From an uncultured bacterium (GTDB lineage: Bacteria; Actinomycetota; Acidimicrobiia; Spongiisociales; ZC4RG35), in NCBI GenBank assembly GCA_963825585.1, contig CAWGTX010000010.1:298554-362553 (forward strand): a DNA stretch of 64,000 bases, written 5' to 3'. The position numbers and the translations under genes are program-made. Below the pieces are notes generated by a model that was not told the DNA's origin, did no database searches, and saw only the letters and a program-made list of their open reading frames with translations. Of the stretch, positions 9,210 through 18,924 are shown in pieces (position 1 is the stretch's first letter; each line of letters opens with the position of its first letter).

Positions 9210-10076
9210 ATGAGACGGACATTCACAACACTGATCGGATTGGCACTGCTGCTCTCGGCCTGTGGAGCCGGAGACGCCGGAAGCGGAACCACCACACCGG
9301 GGGGTAGCACGCCTGATACGACCCTGCCTCCTCTCGAGGAGCCCGATACCGAGCCACGCGTGGTGCTCACCATTTCGGACGAAGGGGGGTTCATCCCCGT
9401 CGAATGGAACTTCAAGCGAATCCCCCGCTACGTGGTGATGTCGGACGGCACCGTGTACCTCCAGGGACCCACCACCCTCGAGTACCCGGGAGCGGCGTTG
9501 CCCAACGTGCAAGCGGTCGAGATCTCCGAGGAGGCCCTGACCGAGATCCTGGCGCTGATCGAATCGTCGGGTTTGGCTGATGTCACCGACGAACGCAACG
9601 ACGAGGCCATGGTGGTGGTGGCCGATGTCCCGGACACGGTCTTCACCTTCACCGACGAGGATGGGGTCGACCACCGGTTCTCGGTCTACGCGCTCGGGTT
9701 CGAGGGCGTCGACTTCACCGACGAGCGGCTCACCGATCTCGAGGACCTGCTGGCCCGGGTCGATCGGGCGGTGGCCGAAGGCGATCCGGTCGATGGTTTC
9801 GTCGCCGACCGTGTCGACGTGTTCGCCGGATCCCGCGAGATCCCGGTCGAGGACGAATTCGTCAACACCGTGGCCTGGCCGCTGACGGTTTCGTTCGACG
9901 ACATGGCCGATGCCGGTGCCGGCTTCCGGTGCGTCCACCTCGATGGCGACGAGGCTGCGGCCATCCTCGACAGCTTCTCCGAGTTCAACGACGCCACCAC
10001 CTTCGAGACCGAGAGTGGCGATGTCTACACGGTGATCGTGCGACCGCTCCTCCCTGGCCAGAGCTCGACCTGCTGA
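9210..10076 (+). CDS. hypothetical lipoprotein
   Basis: MRRTFTTLIGLALLLSACGAG… is a lipobox signal peptide; Asp/Glu-rich 288-aa product. The track ORF start at 9003 overlaps the aminotransferase. Confidence 0.6.
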   Translation: MRRTFTTLIGLALLLSACGAGDAGSGTTTPGGSTPDTTLPPLEEPDTEPRVVLTISDEGGFIPVEWNFKRIPRYVVMSDGTVYLQGPTTLEYPGAALPNVQAVEISEEALTEILALIESSGLADVTDERNDEAMVVVADVPDTVFTFTDEDGVDHRFSVYALGFEGVDFTDERLTDLEDLLARVDRAVAEGDPVDGFVADRVDVFAGSREIPVEDEFVNTVAWPLTVSFDDMADAGAGFRCVHLDGDEAAAILDSFSEFNDATTFETESGDVYTVIVRPLLPGQSSTC

Positions 10077-10160
10077 TCTGGACCTTCGCCTTCACGCACG
10101 AAGCCCGGCCGCACGGCCGGGTTTTGTGCGTCGCAACCGCACGGGGGTAGCGTCCCCGCC

Positions 10161-10805
10161 GTGCGACGGAGCGACAAGGCCGACCGGATCGGCGAGATCC
10201 TCGACGAGCTCTACCCGGAGCCGCCGATCCCGCTCGACCACGTCGACCCCTACACCCTGCTCGTGGCCGTTGCGCTGTCCGCCCAGACCACCGACAAGAA
10301 GGTGAACCAGGTCACGCCCGCCCTGTTCGCCGAGGCCGACACCCCCGAGGAGATGGTGGCACTGGGCGAGGCCCGCATCCTCGAGATCATCCGCGAGATC
10401 GGGCTGGCGCCCACCAAGGCGAAGAACCTGTGGAGGGCCGCCAACCAGATTCTCGACGCCGGTGGTGAGGTCGTCGCCGACTGGGACTTCCTCGAGTCAC
10501 TGGCCGGGGTGGGTCACAAGACGGCGAGCGTCGTGATGGCCCAGGCGTTCGGGGTGCCCGCGTTTCCGGTCGATACCCACATCCATCGACTGGCCGCCCG
10601 CTGGGGGCTGTCGAACGGCACCACCGTGGAACGAACCGAGAAGGACCTGAAGGCGGTTTTCACCGAGGAGACGTGGAACCGCCGTCACCTGCAGATCATC
10701 TTCTTCGGACGGGAGTACTGCCCGGCGCTGCGCCACGACTTCGACGCCTGCCCGATCTGCTCGTGGGCGACGACGAAAACTCACCGCAGACGGGAGGCGC
10801 GGTGA
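10161..10805 (+). CDS. nth: endonuclease III
   Basis: HhH-GPD motif …LAGVGHKTASVVM… and a C-terminal [4Fe-4S] cluster C-x6-C-x2-C-x5-C (CPALRHDFDACPICSW); GTG start. Confidence 0.9.
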   Translation: MRRSDKADRIGEILDELYPEPPIPLDHVDPYTLLVAVALSAQTTDKKVNQVTPALFAEADTPEEMVALGEARILEIIREIGLAPTKAKNLWRAANQILDAGGEVVADWDFLESLAGVGHKTASVVMAQAFGVPAFPVDTHIHRLAARWGLSNGTTVERTEKDLKAVFTEETWNRRHLQIIFFGREYCPALRHDFDACPICSWATTKTHRRREAR

Positions 10806-10809
10806 AGTC

Positions 10810-11817
10810 TCATCGTCGAACCGGCTTGTGGAACGTCCCGTACATCTGGATCACCCGGTAGTCCAGGCTCTCGTAGAGGGCGAAGGCCCCGTTGGGGTTC
10901 TCGACGTGCACACCCAGGGCGGCCTCGGTCATGCCCCGCTCGTCTCTGAGCTGGCGGAGGCTCTCACAGATCAGCGCCCGGGCGACCCCTCGCTTGCGCC
11001 AGCGGCGGATGGTCGAGATGTTCTCCGTCCAGCCGCGCAGACGACCGAACTCGGCGTTCTCGGTGTCGTTGATGAAGGTGCGGACCTGTCCGACGATCTC
11101 ATCGTCGTCGAAGGCCACCTTCCACAGCGAGGTGTCCTGATGCGGCTCCTCGACGAACCGTTGCCAGTCGTCCTCGGTCGGTTCGCTGAACCCCCAGTGG
11201 TCACGGAACGCCTCCTTGTCGGCTTCCCACACGGCGCGACGATCGTCGGGACCAACCGGGCGGATCTCGAGGCCATGCGGCAGCAGGGCATCAGGGATGT
11301 CATCCAGGCTCGGGCGAAGCATCTCGGCGCCGTAGGCCACGGTCCGGTATGCGCTGGATGCGAGTGCCTCGCTCCACGGGCGTGACCCGTCGCCGATCGG
11401 CGCCCAGGTCTCCATCTCCTTGGGTCCTTCGGGGTGATGGGCGGCGATCTCGGCGATGCGGGACTCGAGCCACCCGATCATCGGCACCAGCACGGAGCGG
11501 TGCTCGGCGCCGGTACGAGCCAACACCAGGTATCGGCGCCCCTCGTCGGTGTCCCACCAGTCGGTACGGCCGTAGGACACCGCCATGCCATGGCGTTCCA
11601 CCACCACGACGTCGGTGACGGGGTCGCAGTTGTTCAGGTGGTCGTACTGATTCTTGATGTCCTCGGCGGTGAGGACCTCGTCGATGCCGTTGGCCCGCGA
11701 ATCTGCGTTGCAGATGTCGGCGAACGCCTGGTGGTCTTCGTCTCCCCGGTAACGCCGGGCAACATATCCGGTTGGTAGATCGGCAATCACGCCGCCGACG
11801 GTAGGAACGACGCCCAA
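10810..11817 (-). CDS. GNAT family N-acetyltransferase (two-domain, MshD-like); start uncertain
   Basis: C-terminal …GWTENISTIRRWRKRGVARALICESLRQL…ALYESLDYRV is a GNAT acetyl-CoA-binding fold. The ORF M at 11964 overlaps the upstream EamA gene, so an internal TTG or GTG start near 11817 or 11790 is likelier. Confidence 0.6.
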   Translation of the reverse strand: MGVVPTVGGVIADLPTGYVARRYRGDEDHQAFADICNADSRANGIDEVLTAEDIKNQYDHLNNCDPVTDVVVVERHGMAVSYGRTDWWDTDEGRRYLVLARTGAEHRSVLVPMIGWLESRIAEIAAHHPEGPKEMETWAPIGDGSRPWSEALASSAYRTVAYGAEMLRPSLDDIPDALLPHGLEIRPVGPDDRRAVWEADKEAFRDHWGFSEPTEDDWQRFVEEPHQDTSLWKVAFDDDEIVGQVRTFINDTENAEFGRLRGWTENISTIRRWRKRGVARALICESLRQLRDERGMTEAALGVHVENPNGAFALYESLDYRVIQMYGTFHKPVRR

Positions 11818-11849
11818 TCCGCGCCGAGGATTTTTCGACGACCGAGAAC

Positions 11850-12716
11850 TCAGGCTCCAACTGCCACGACGATGCCACCGGCGGTGGCGAGCAGCGAGGC
11901 GATCACCACCCGGCGGTCCCACTCCGAGCGGTCGAGGAACAGTCGAGCCATGATCACGGCCCACACCGACTGAGTGGCGGCCATGGTCGACACCACCGCC
12001 ACCCGGCCCTGGGCGAACCCAGCGATCAGGGAGGTGAAGCCGACCGCCATGAAGAGGCCGGGCACCAGGAGCGGGCCGAGATGGTTGCGAACGGCGGCGG
12101 CGATCTCGGTTCTGGCACTGGTGGCGTTCACAGCGACGAGAAGGACCGCAGCCGTGATCAGCGACAACGCCGACCCGGCGACGGCGGCCAGCACCACGTC
12201 GACGCCGCGAACCACGACATCACGACTGGCGAAACACAGCACCGCGACGAAGGCGAGCAGTGGGCTGGCGCCCACCCGCCCGGAGGAGAACGCCGCCCTC
12301 GGGTCGACGATGAGGATGCCGGCCGCCACCACGAACACGCCACCGACCGCCACCAGCCACCCGGGCGCTTCGTCGAGCAGGATCCAGGCCGCCAACACCG
12401 CCAGAACGGGGACGAAGCCGAGCACGACCGCGGTGCGGGTGCCGCCGAACGTGTCGATCGATCGGTACATCGCCAGGTGCGACAGCCCGGGCGCGAACAG
12501 GCCCGACACCACGTACGGCAGGGCGGTGGACACGGTGATCCCGGCGAACGCGCCGGTGGCGACTGCGATCGTCGTCACGACCAGGGCCGCAGTGGAAACA
12601 GAGATGACCGCTGCCTGGGTGGATCCCACACCGGTCTTGGCGTACGCCCATCGCAACGCCACGAACACTGCCCCGAACGACGCCGCTGCCACGAGCCCGA
12701 GAATCACTGCCTGCAT
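11850..12716 (-). CDS. EamA/DMT-family transporter
   Basis: 288 aa with ~10 predicted TM helices and duplicated EamA-like halves. Confidence 0.8.
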   Translation of the reverse strand: MQAVILGLVAAASFGAVFVALRWAYAKTGVGSTQAAVISVSTAALVVTTIAVATGAFAGITVSTALPYVVSGLFAPGLSHLAMYRSIDTFGGTRTAVVLGFVPVLAVLAAWILLDEAPGWLVAVGGVFVVAAGILIVDPRAAFSSGRVGASPLLAFVAVLCFASRDVVVRGVDVVLAAVAGSALSLITAAVLLVAVNATSARTEIAAAVRNHLGPLLVPGLFMAVGFTSLIAGFAQGRVAVVSTMAATQSVWAVIMARLFLDRSEWDRRVVIASLLATAGGIVVAVGA

Positions 12717-12770
12717 GTGAAGGCAAGGTAGCGGAGGGAGAGCGGCCGGCAGCCGCGGCTGAGGAGGCGG

Positions 12771-12900
12771 AGCGCAGAACGCAGTCGGCAGAACGCCCGA
12801 ACCCGGTATACCAACGCGGCCCGTTGGTACTGCGACTCAGCCGACCCGCAGACCCCGGGACCCGCATCCGGGCGTTCGGCGTTCTGCGTTCTGCGTTGTC
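12771..12900. repeat. long inverted repeat built from GCAGAAC(G) units, with an inner perfect hairpin TACCAACG-cggcc-CGTTGGTA (12809-12829)
   Basis: GGAGCGCAGAACGCAGTCGGCAGAACGCCCGAAC at 12771-12805 faces GTTCGGCGTTCTGCGTTCTGCG at 12875-12897. It lies between the acs stop and the EamA start. Confidence 0.55.
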
Positions 12901-12902
12901 TG

Positions 12903-14855
12903 TCAGTCCTCCTGCGGTGTCGCCGCTGCCATGGCGGCGATGTCGTTGACGATGCCCTCGTTCGCCAGGGTGGTGACGTCGCCGAGCTGGCGGTTCTCGG
13001 AGATGTCCTTCAGCAACCGTCGCATGATCTTGCCCGACCGGGTCTTGGGGAGGTCGGGGGTGAAGACGATCGACCTGGGCTTGGCGATGGGGCCCAGCAC
13101 CGTGGCGACATGGGAGCGCAGCTCCTGCAGCAACTCCTCGTTGCCCACGACGTCACCGCGCAGAGTCACGAAGGCAGCGATCGCCTGCCCCGTCACCTCG
13201 TCCTTGCGGCCGACCACGGCCGCCTCGGCCACCTTCGGGTGACTCACCAGAGCCGACTCGACCTCGGTGGTCGAGATGTTGTGGCCCGACACCAGCATGA
13301 TGTCGTCGACCCGACCCAGCAACCAGAAATAGCCGTCGTGGTCCCGCTTGGCGCCGTCGCCGGCGAAGTACATACCGGGAAAGCGCGTCCAGTAGGTCTC
13401 GACGAAGCGGTCGTCGTCGCCCCAGATGGTGCGGGCCATCGACGGCCAGGGCCGGGTGAGCACCAGGAATCCGCCGCCGGGGATGCCGACCGGATTCCCG
13501 GCCTCATCCACGATGTCGGCTCCGATCCCGGGGAGCGGTCTGGTGGCGGAACCTGGCTTGGTGGGCACAACACCGGGAAGGGGGGCGATCATGATCGAGC
13601 CGGTCTCGGTCTGCCACCACGTGTCGACGATGGGGCACCGTCCGCCGCCGATGTTGGCGTGGTACCAGACCCACGCCTCGGGGTTGATCGGCTCACCCAC
13701 GGTGCCGATGAGCCGCAGGCTGGAGAGGTCGTGACGAGCCGGATACTCGTCCCCCCACTTCATGAACGTCCGAATGGCGGTGGGAGCGGTGTAGAAGATC
13801 GTCACCTTGTGATCGGCGGCGATCCTCCAGAACCGATCCAGGTCCGGATAGTTGGGCGACCCCTCGTACATGACGCTGGTGGCGCCGTTGGCGAGGGGGC
13901 CGTAAACGATGTAGCTGTGGCCTGTCACCCATCCGATATCGGCGGTGCACCAGAACACATCGCTGTCCGGCTTGAGGTCGAAGACCATCGAAGTGGTGGT
14001 CGCCACACCGGTCAGGTACCCGCCCTGCGTGTGCACGATCCCCTTCGGCTTGCCGGTGGTGCCCGAGGTGTAGAGGATGAACAGCGGATCCTCGGCGTTG
14101 AGCCGCTCGGGCTCGCACTCCGTGCTCTGCCCGTCGACCACGTCGTGGTACCAGACGTCGCGACCTTCCACCATGGTGACGTCGTTCTCGGTCCGCTTGA
14201 CCACCACCACGTGTTCGACGCTGGGGGTTCGGGCCAGCGAGACGTCGGCGTTGGCTTTGAGCGGGACCACACCTCCTGCCCGCCAGGCTCCGTCCTGGGT
14301 GAGCACCACTCTGGCGTCGGCGTCGATGATGCGATCGGCCAGCGCGTCAGAACTGAAGCCGCCGAACACCACTGAGTGCACCACGCCCAACCGGGCGCAC
14401 GCCAGGAGAGCGATGGCCAGTTCGGGGACCATGCCCATGTAGATGGCCGCTCGGTCGCCTCGCTTCACGCCGAGCGACTTGAGACCGTTGGCGAACCGGC
14501 CGACCTCGTCATGGAGCTGGCGATACGTGATGTCCCGAGTGTCGCCGGGCTCGCCCACCCAGTGGAACGCCACCTTGTCCCCGGCGGTGTCGAGATGCCG
14601 GTCGAGACAGTTGTAGGCGATGTTGAGTTCCCCGTCCGCGAACCACTTGAAGAAGGGCGGGTTGCTGTCGTCGAGCACGACGGTTGGCTCGGCGAACCAT
14701 GTGATCCGCTCGAGAGCTTGCTGTCGCCAGTAGGACAGCGGGTCGGCTTCGGCATCTTCGTAGATGCCGGGTTGGGCGTTCGCTGCTGCCACGAACGCCT
14801 CACTCGGTGGGAACACTCGCTCCTCGCGCAGCAGGTTTTCGAGCGTCTCGCTCAT
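12903..14855 (-). CDS. acs: acetyl-CoA synthetase (AMP-forming)
   Basis: …YTSGTTGKPKG…, …WWQTETG… and C-terminal …KTRSGKIMRR… are Acs hallmarks. The likely start is MSETLENLLREERVF (ATG 14855); the track ORF extends to 14927. Confidence 0.9.
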   Translation of the reverse strand: MSETLENLLREERVFPPSEAFVAAANAQPGIYEDAEADPLSYWRQQALERITWFAEPTVVLDDSNPPFFKWFADGELNIAYNCLDRHLDTAGDKVAFHWVGEPGDTRDITYRQLHDEVGRFANGLKSLGVKRGDRAAIYMGMVPELAIALLACARLGVVHSVVFGGFSSDALADRIIDADARVVLTQDGAWRAGGVVPLKANADVSLARTPSVEHVVVVKRTENDVTMVEGRDVWYHDVVDGQSTECEPERLNAEDPLFILYTSGTTGKPKGIVHTQGGYLTGVATTTSMVFDLKPDSDVFWCTADIGWVTGHSYIVYGPLANGATSVMYEGSPNYPDLDRFWRIAADHKVTIFYTAPTAIRTFMKWGDEYPARHDLSSLRLIGTVGEPINPEAWVWYHANIGGGRCPIVDTWWQTETGSIMIAPLPGVVPTKPGSATRPLPGIGADIVDEAGNPVGIPGGGFLVLTRPWPSMARTIWGDDDRFVETYWTRFPGMYFAGDGAKRDHDGYFWLLGRVDDIMLVSGHNISTTEVESALVSHPKVAEAAVVGRKDEVTGQAIAAFVTLRGDVVGNEELLQELRSHVATVLGPIAKPRSIVFTPDLPKTRSGKIMRRLLKDISENRQLGDVTTLANEGIVNDIAAMAAATPQED

Positions 14856-15122
14856 CACTCTCCTCCTCATGGTGCCCGACGGGGGCTTGGTTCGCTTCGC
14901 CGATGAAACCATACGTGAGCCGTTCACGTCGGACGAGACGGCATCAGCCCTGTCGAACAGGCCTCAGGTCAGCCGCTTTGTGGCCCGCCGACGGCACCGG
15001 CCACCGATAGTGCTGCTCGACGACGGCCAACAGCCGGGACCAGGCCCTTCCCGGCGATGATCGACCAGGCAACTGGTCCACGAGTCAAGGGGCCAAGCCC
15101 GGGTCTCCGGTCCTGTTGACCG

Positions 15123-16658
15123 CTACGCCACCCATTGGCGGTCGGCGAGAGCCGGGAGGGCGAGCTGGAAGACTCCCCACTCGCCGTCGTGGTGGTACAC
15201 CAGTGAACCACCCATGAGTTCGGCGAGCCTCCTCGACACAGCCAATCCAAGCCCGATGGCAGCCGGAACTGCCCGGTCTCGTCCCGCCGACTCGTAGGCG
15301 AGGAACATCCGCTCGGCACGGTCGGAGGGAATCGGCGGACCGTCGTCACGTACTTCGATCATCGACCTGTCACCGTCGCGGAACGTCCGCACCACGATTC
15401 GCCCGCCCCCGTACCGGTCGGCGTTGGAGACCAGGTTCCGAACGATCTGACGAACCCGTACCGGATCTGCCCTGGTGGGGCATGGGGCCATGTCGAGGAA
15501 GACCGGATGCGACACCCGTGTGTGTATGGCCCGGCACACCGCCTCAACCTCGGCCGAGGGATCCACCGGCTCCTGCACGATGGTCACGATGTCCAGGTCC
15601 GCTCGGACGGCGAGGAGCAGGTCTTCGATGATCGAAGCCATCTCGGCAGCCTGATCGGCCACCAACTCGATGAAGTTCCTCTCCTCGCCGGCCAGCGAAG
15701 GTGACTCCCGCAGGGCCTCGGCGAAACCCATCACCGCAGTGAGCGGCGTGCGGAGTTCATGACTGATCGAGGCGACGAACCGGTCCTTGGTCGCCACCAG
15801 ATCCTCGAGGCTGGCCCGGGCCGCTTCGCGGTCTGTCACGTCGAAGCCGGTGAGCGTCGCACCCTGCGTCGCCGTGGTCGCCGTGAACGCGTACCACCGA
15901 CCGCCGACTTCCACGTCGGCCGAGAGGGGGCTGCCACCAAGCGCGGATTCGACCAGGAACAGGAGCCCGGCGGGAACCGGCCGTCCCGGCTGCCATCCGG
16001 GGTCGGGAACGTGCCCGGCCAGCGACGCGATCATGCCGTCGCCGTCGACGGTGGCCACCATCACGGGGGTGCTGTCCAGGATCGTTTCGAGTTCCAACTC
16101 CTTGCGCTTCAACGCCAGGTGTTGCCGCCACCATCCCAGAACCACGAGTACCAGCCCGACGACGACCGACAGGACGACGCCGGCCGCCAGTCCGAAGATG
16201 GCGCCGGTGCCGACATCGGCCGAGAGAACCGAGATGGCGACGATGGTCAGAACCGATCCGACCGTGATCCCCAGCGCGATCACCGCGACGCTCAGGTCGA
16301 TCGTGAGGTATATGAGCACACCGATGGCCAGGGCCGTCACCCAACTGAACAGTGGAGATCCCGACGCCGCCCCCACCAACGCCGGTGTCATCACCAGATC
16401 GGCGAATGCGGACATGGCCTGAGGGCGCTCACCGCCGCTGCGGATACCGCCGACGGCCACGATGACCAACGCCAATGCCACTATCGCGACCGTCGCCGAC
16501 CGGACGGCGCTGGCGCCCGTGAGCGGAACGAGAATCGCCGCGGCGAGGTACGAGGTGGCTCGAAGCCACTCGTTGAGGAGGCCGAAGTGGGGCAGGCGAA
16601 ACTGTCGTCGCTGCTGCGCACCGCGGAGCTCACGACTGATCCAGTCGAACGCGCGCAC
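15123..16658 (-). CDS. sensor histidine kinase with N-terminal polytopic membrane domain and PAS region; no response regulator adjacent
   Basis: HisKA H-box …SISHELRTPLTAV… and a HATPase_c region …GLGLAVSRRLAELMGGSL…; 5-6 N-terminal TM helices. Confidence 0.85.
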   Translation of the reverse strand: MRAFDWISRELRGAQQRRQFRLPHFGLLNEWLRATSYLAAAILVPLTGASAVRSATVAIVALALVIVAVGGIRSGGERPQAMSAFADLVMTPALVGAASGSPLFSWVTALAIGVLIYLTIDLSVAVIALGITVGSVLTIVAISVLSADVGTGAIFGLAAGVVLSVVVGLVLVVLGWWRQHLALKRKELELETILDSTPVMVATVDGDGMIASLAGHVPDPGWQPGRPVPAGLLFLVESALGGSPLSADVEVGGRWYAFTATTATQGATLTGFDVTDREAARASLEDLVATKDRFVASISHELRTPLTAVMGFAEALRESPSLAGEERNFIELVADQAAEMASIIEDLLLAVRADLDIVTIVQEPVDPSAEVEAVCRAIHTRVSHPVFLDMAPCPTRADPVRVRQIVRNLVSNADRYGGGRIVVRTFRDGDRSMIEVRDDGPPIPSDRAERMFLAYESAGRDRAVPAAIGLGLAVSRRLAELMGGSLVYHHDGEWGVFQLALPALADRQWVA

Positions 16659-16703
16659 ACACTCCCAGTCGACCGCCTCGAAGGTGGGGCAAGCAGCCGA
16701 CCG

Positions 16704-18593
16704 TCAACCCGGCGGATAGCCCATCTTTCCCAGGGCACCCTCGATCTCGCCGAGAATGGCGGGGTCATCGATCGTGGGCGGAACGGTCCAATCCACTCCG
16801 TCGGCGATGCGGCGCATGGTGCTTCGTAGGATCTTGCCCGAACGGGTCTTGGGGAGGCGGTCGACCACGGCTACCTGCTTGAAGGCGGCAACCGGGCCGA
16901 TCCTTTCCCGTACCAGGACCACGAGTTCGGCTTCGACCTGCGCCGGGTCGCGCTCCACACCGGCCTTGAGCACGACCATTCCCACCGGGAGTTGGCCCTT
17001 GAGCTGGTCGGCGACTCCGATCACGGCGCACTCCGCCACATCGGGGTGCGAAGCGAGCACCTCCTCCATGCCACCGGTCGAGAGCCGGTGACCAGCAACG
17101 TTGATGATGTCGTCGATCCGGCTCATGATCCACAGGTAGCCGTCCTCGTCGACGTAGCCGGCGTCTCCGGTGAGGTACTGGCCCGGGTAGCGGGAGAGAT
17201 ACGACGAGACGTACCCATCGTCGTTCTTCCAGAGAGTCGGGAGGGTTCCAGGCGGAAGCGGCAAACCGATGGTGATGGCGCCGATCTCGCCAGTCGGCCG
17301 TTCCGCACCGTCCTCGTCCAACACCCGCACGTCGTAGCCGGGCATGGGACGGGTCGGCGAGCCCGCCTTCACCGGAAGGCGCTCGAGCCCGATCGGGTTG
17401 GCACAGATCGGCCACCCGGTCTCGGTCTGCCACCAGTGGTCGATCACCGGAACGTCGAGCGTGTCCTCGGCCCAGTGAAGCGTGTCGGGATCGCAACGTT
17501 CGCCGGCCAGGAACAACGCCCGGAACCCGGACATGTCGTAGCCGGCCAGACAACTCCCCGTTGGATCCTCTTTCCTGATCGCCCGGAAGGCGGTGGGTGC
17601 CGTGAACAACGTCGACACGCCGTGCTGAGCGATGACCCGCCAGAACGCACCCGGGTCGGGCGTGCCCACCGGCTTTCCCTCGTACAACACCGTCGTGTTC
17701 CCGTGGATGAGGGGTGCGTACACGATGTAGGAGTGGCCGACCACCCAGCCGACATCGGAGGCAGCCCAGTACACCTCCCCGGGGTCCACGCCGTACACAT
17801 TCTTCATCGACCAGTGCAACGCGACCGCATGCCCGCCGTTGTCACGCACCACACCCTTTGGCTTCCCGGTGGTTCCCGAGGTGTAGAGCACATACAGCGG
17901 ATCGGTGGCAGCTACCTCCACGCATTCGACCGGATCGGCCGCTTCGACGTCATCCCACGGCACGTCGCGGCCCGGAGTGATGGCCGCTTCCATCTCGGGG
18001 CGTTGCACCATCACCACGTACTCGACCCGATGCGACGCCTGGTCGAGGGCTGCATCGACCAACGGCTTGTAGTCCACCACCCGTCCGGGCTCGATCCCGC
18101 ACGAGGCGGTGACCAGCACCTTCGGACCGGCGTCGTCGATGCGGGTCGCCAACTCCTTGGCGGCGAACCCCCCGAACACCACCGAGTGCACCGCTCCGAT
18201 CCGGGCACAGGCCAGCATCGCCACGACCGCCTCTGGGATCATCGGCATGTAGACGATGACCCGGTCTCCCTCACCGACCCCGAGCCGACGCAGGCCACCG
18301 GCGAAGGCGGCAACCCGGCCGAGCAGTTCGGAGTATGTGAAAGCCCGGACGGTTCCGGTCACCGGGCTGTCGTAGATCAGGGCGGCCTGGTCAGCCCGGC
18401 CTCCATCGACGTGGCGGTCGAGAGCGTTGCGGCAGGTGTTGAGACGTCCACCCGTGAACCAGCGGTACATGGGAGGGGCCGAGTCGTCGAACACGCGGTC
18501 CCACGGCCGGTCCCATACGAGCGCCTCCGCCACCTCACCCCAGAACCCGCTCGGGTCCTCCAACGATCGACGATGCATCTCGGCCAGCGACAT
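16704..18593 (-). CDS. propionyl-/acetyl-CoA synthetase family acyl-CoA ligase (PrpE-like)
   Basis: …YTSGTTGKPKGVV…, …WWQTETG… and …KTRSGKILR…; likely start MSLAEMHRRSLEDPSGFW at 18593. The upstream in-frame extension is Pro/Arg-rich junk. Confidence 0.85.
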   Translation of the reverse strand: MSLAEMHRRSLEDPSGFWGEVAEALVWDRPWDRVFDDSAPPMYRWFTGGRLNTCRNALDRHVDGGRADQAALIYDSPVTGTVRAFTYSELLGRVAAFAGGLRRLGVGEGDRVIVYMPMIPEAVVAMLACARIGAVHSVVFGGFAAKELATRIDDAGPKVLVTASCGIEPGRVVDYKPLVDAALDQASHRVEYVVMVQRPEMEAAITPGRDVPWDDVEAADPVECVEVAATDPLYVLYTSGTTGKPKGVVRDNGGHAVALHWSMKNVYGVDPGEVYWAASDVGWVVGHSYIVYAPLIHGNTTVLYEGKPVGTPDPGAFWRVIAQHGVSTLFTAPTAFRAIRKEDPTGSCLAGYDMSGFRALFLAGERCDPDTLHWAEDTLDVPVIDHWWQTETGWPICANPIGLERLPVKAGSPTRPMPGYDVRVLDEDGAERPTGEIGAITIGLPLPPGTLPTLWKNDDGYVSSYLSRYPGQYLTGDAGYVDEDGYLWIMSRIDDIINVAGHRLSTGGMEEVLASHPDVAECAVIGVADQLKGQLPVGMVVLKAGVERDPAQVEAELVVLVRERIGPVAAFKQVAVVDRLPKTRSGKILRSTMRRIADGVDWTVPPTIDDPAILGEIEGALGKMGYPPG

Positions 18594-18606
18594 GGGCCCT
18601 CCTCTC

Positions 18607-18692
18607 AGGAAGGAACGTAGCCGGAGAGGAAGCGGAGGAGAGCGAAGGAGGCGGAGGAAGGCGGAGGAAGGGGGAGGAAGGGCACGTTCCAC
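18607..18692. repeat. GA-rich tract with iterated GGAGGAAG units (CT-rich on the prpE-like leader strand)
   Basis: Direct reading: AGGAAGGAACGTAGCCGGAGAGGAAGCGGAGGAGAGCGAAGGAGGCGGAGGAAGGCGGAGGAAGGGGGAGGAAGGGC. Confidence 0.8.
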
Positions 18693-18740
18693 GATTATGT
18701 CGCGCGAGAGGGAAGGAGCAGAGGTCCGCTCGCCGGAGTG

Positions 18741-18817
18741 GTCAACAGGTCCACGGTCAACAGGACCGGAATCTCGGGATTGGCCTGTTGACATGTCGAC
18801 CTGTTGATTTGTTGATC
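18741..18817. repeat. GTCAACAGG direct repeats (x2) facing inverted copies CCTGTTGAC / CCTGTTGAT / TTGTTGATC in a divergent promoter region
   Basis: GTCAACAGGtccacGGTCAACAGG at 18741-18764; CCTGTTGACatgtcgaCCTGTTGATTTGTTGATC at 18784-18817. The same octamer family recurs at 27747-27779 and 62460-62489. Confidence 0.8.
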
Positions 18818-18924
18818 ACCCTGGACAAGTCCGGTCAGCTGTCCCTATCCGCTGCGCCACGTTGTATGTTCTCCGTTGTACCGCAGGTCGACCGTCGACC
18901 AGCCGGAGAGAGGTGGCGCCGATC

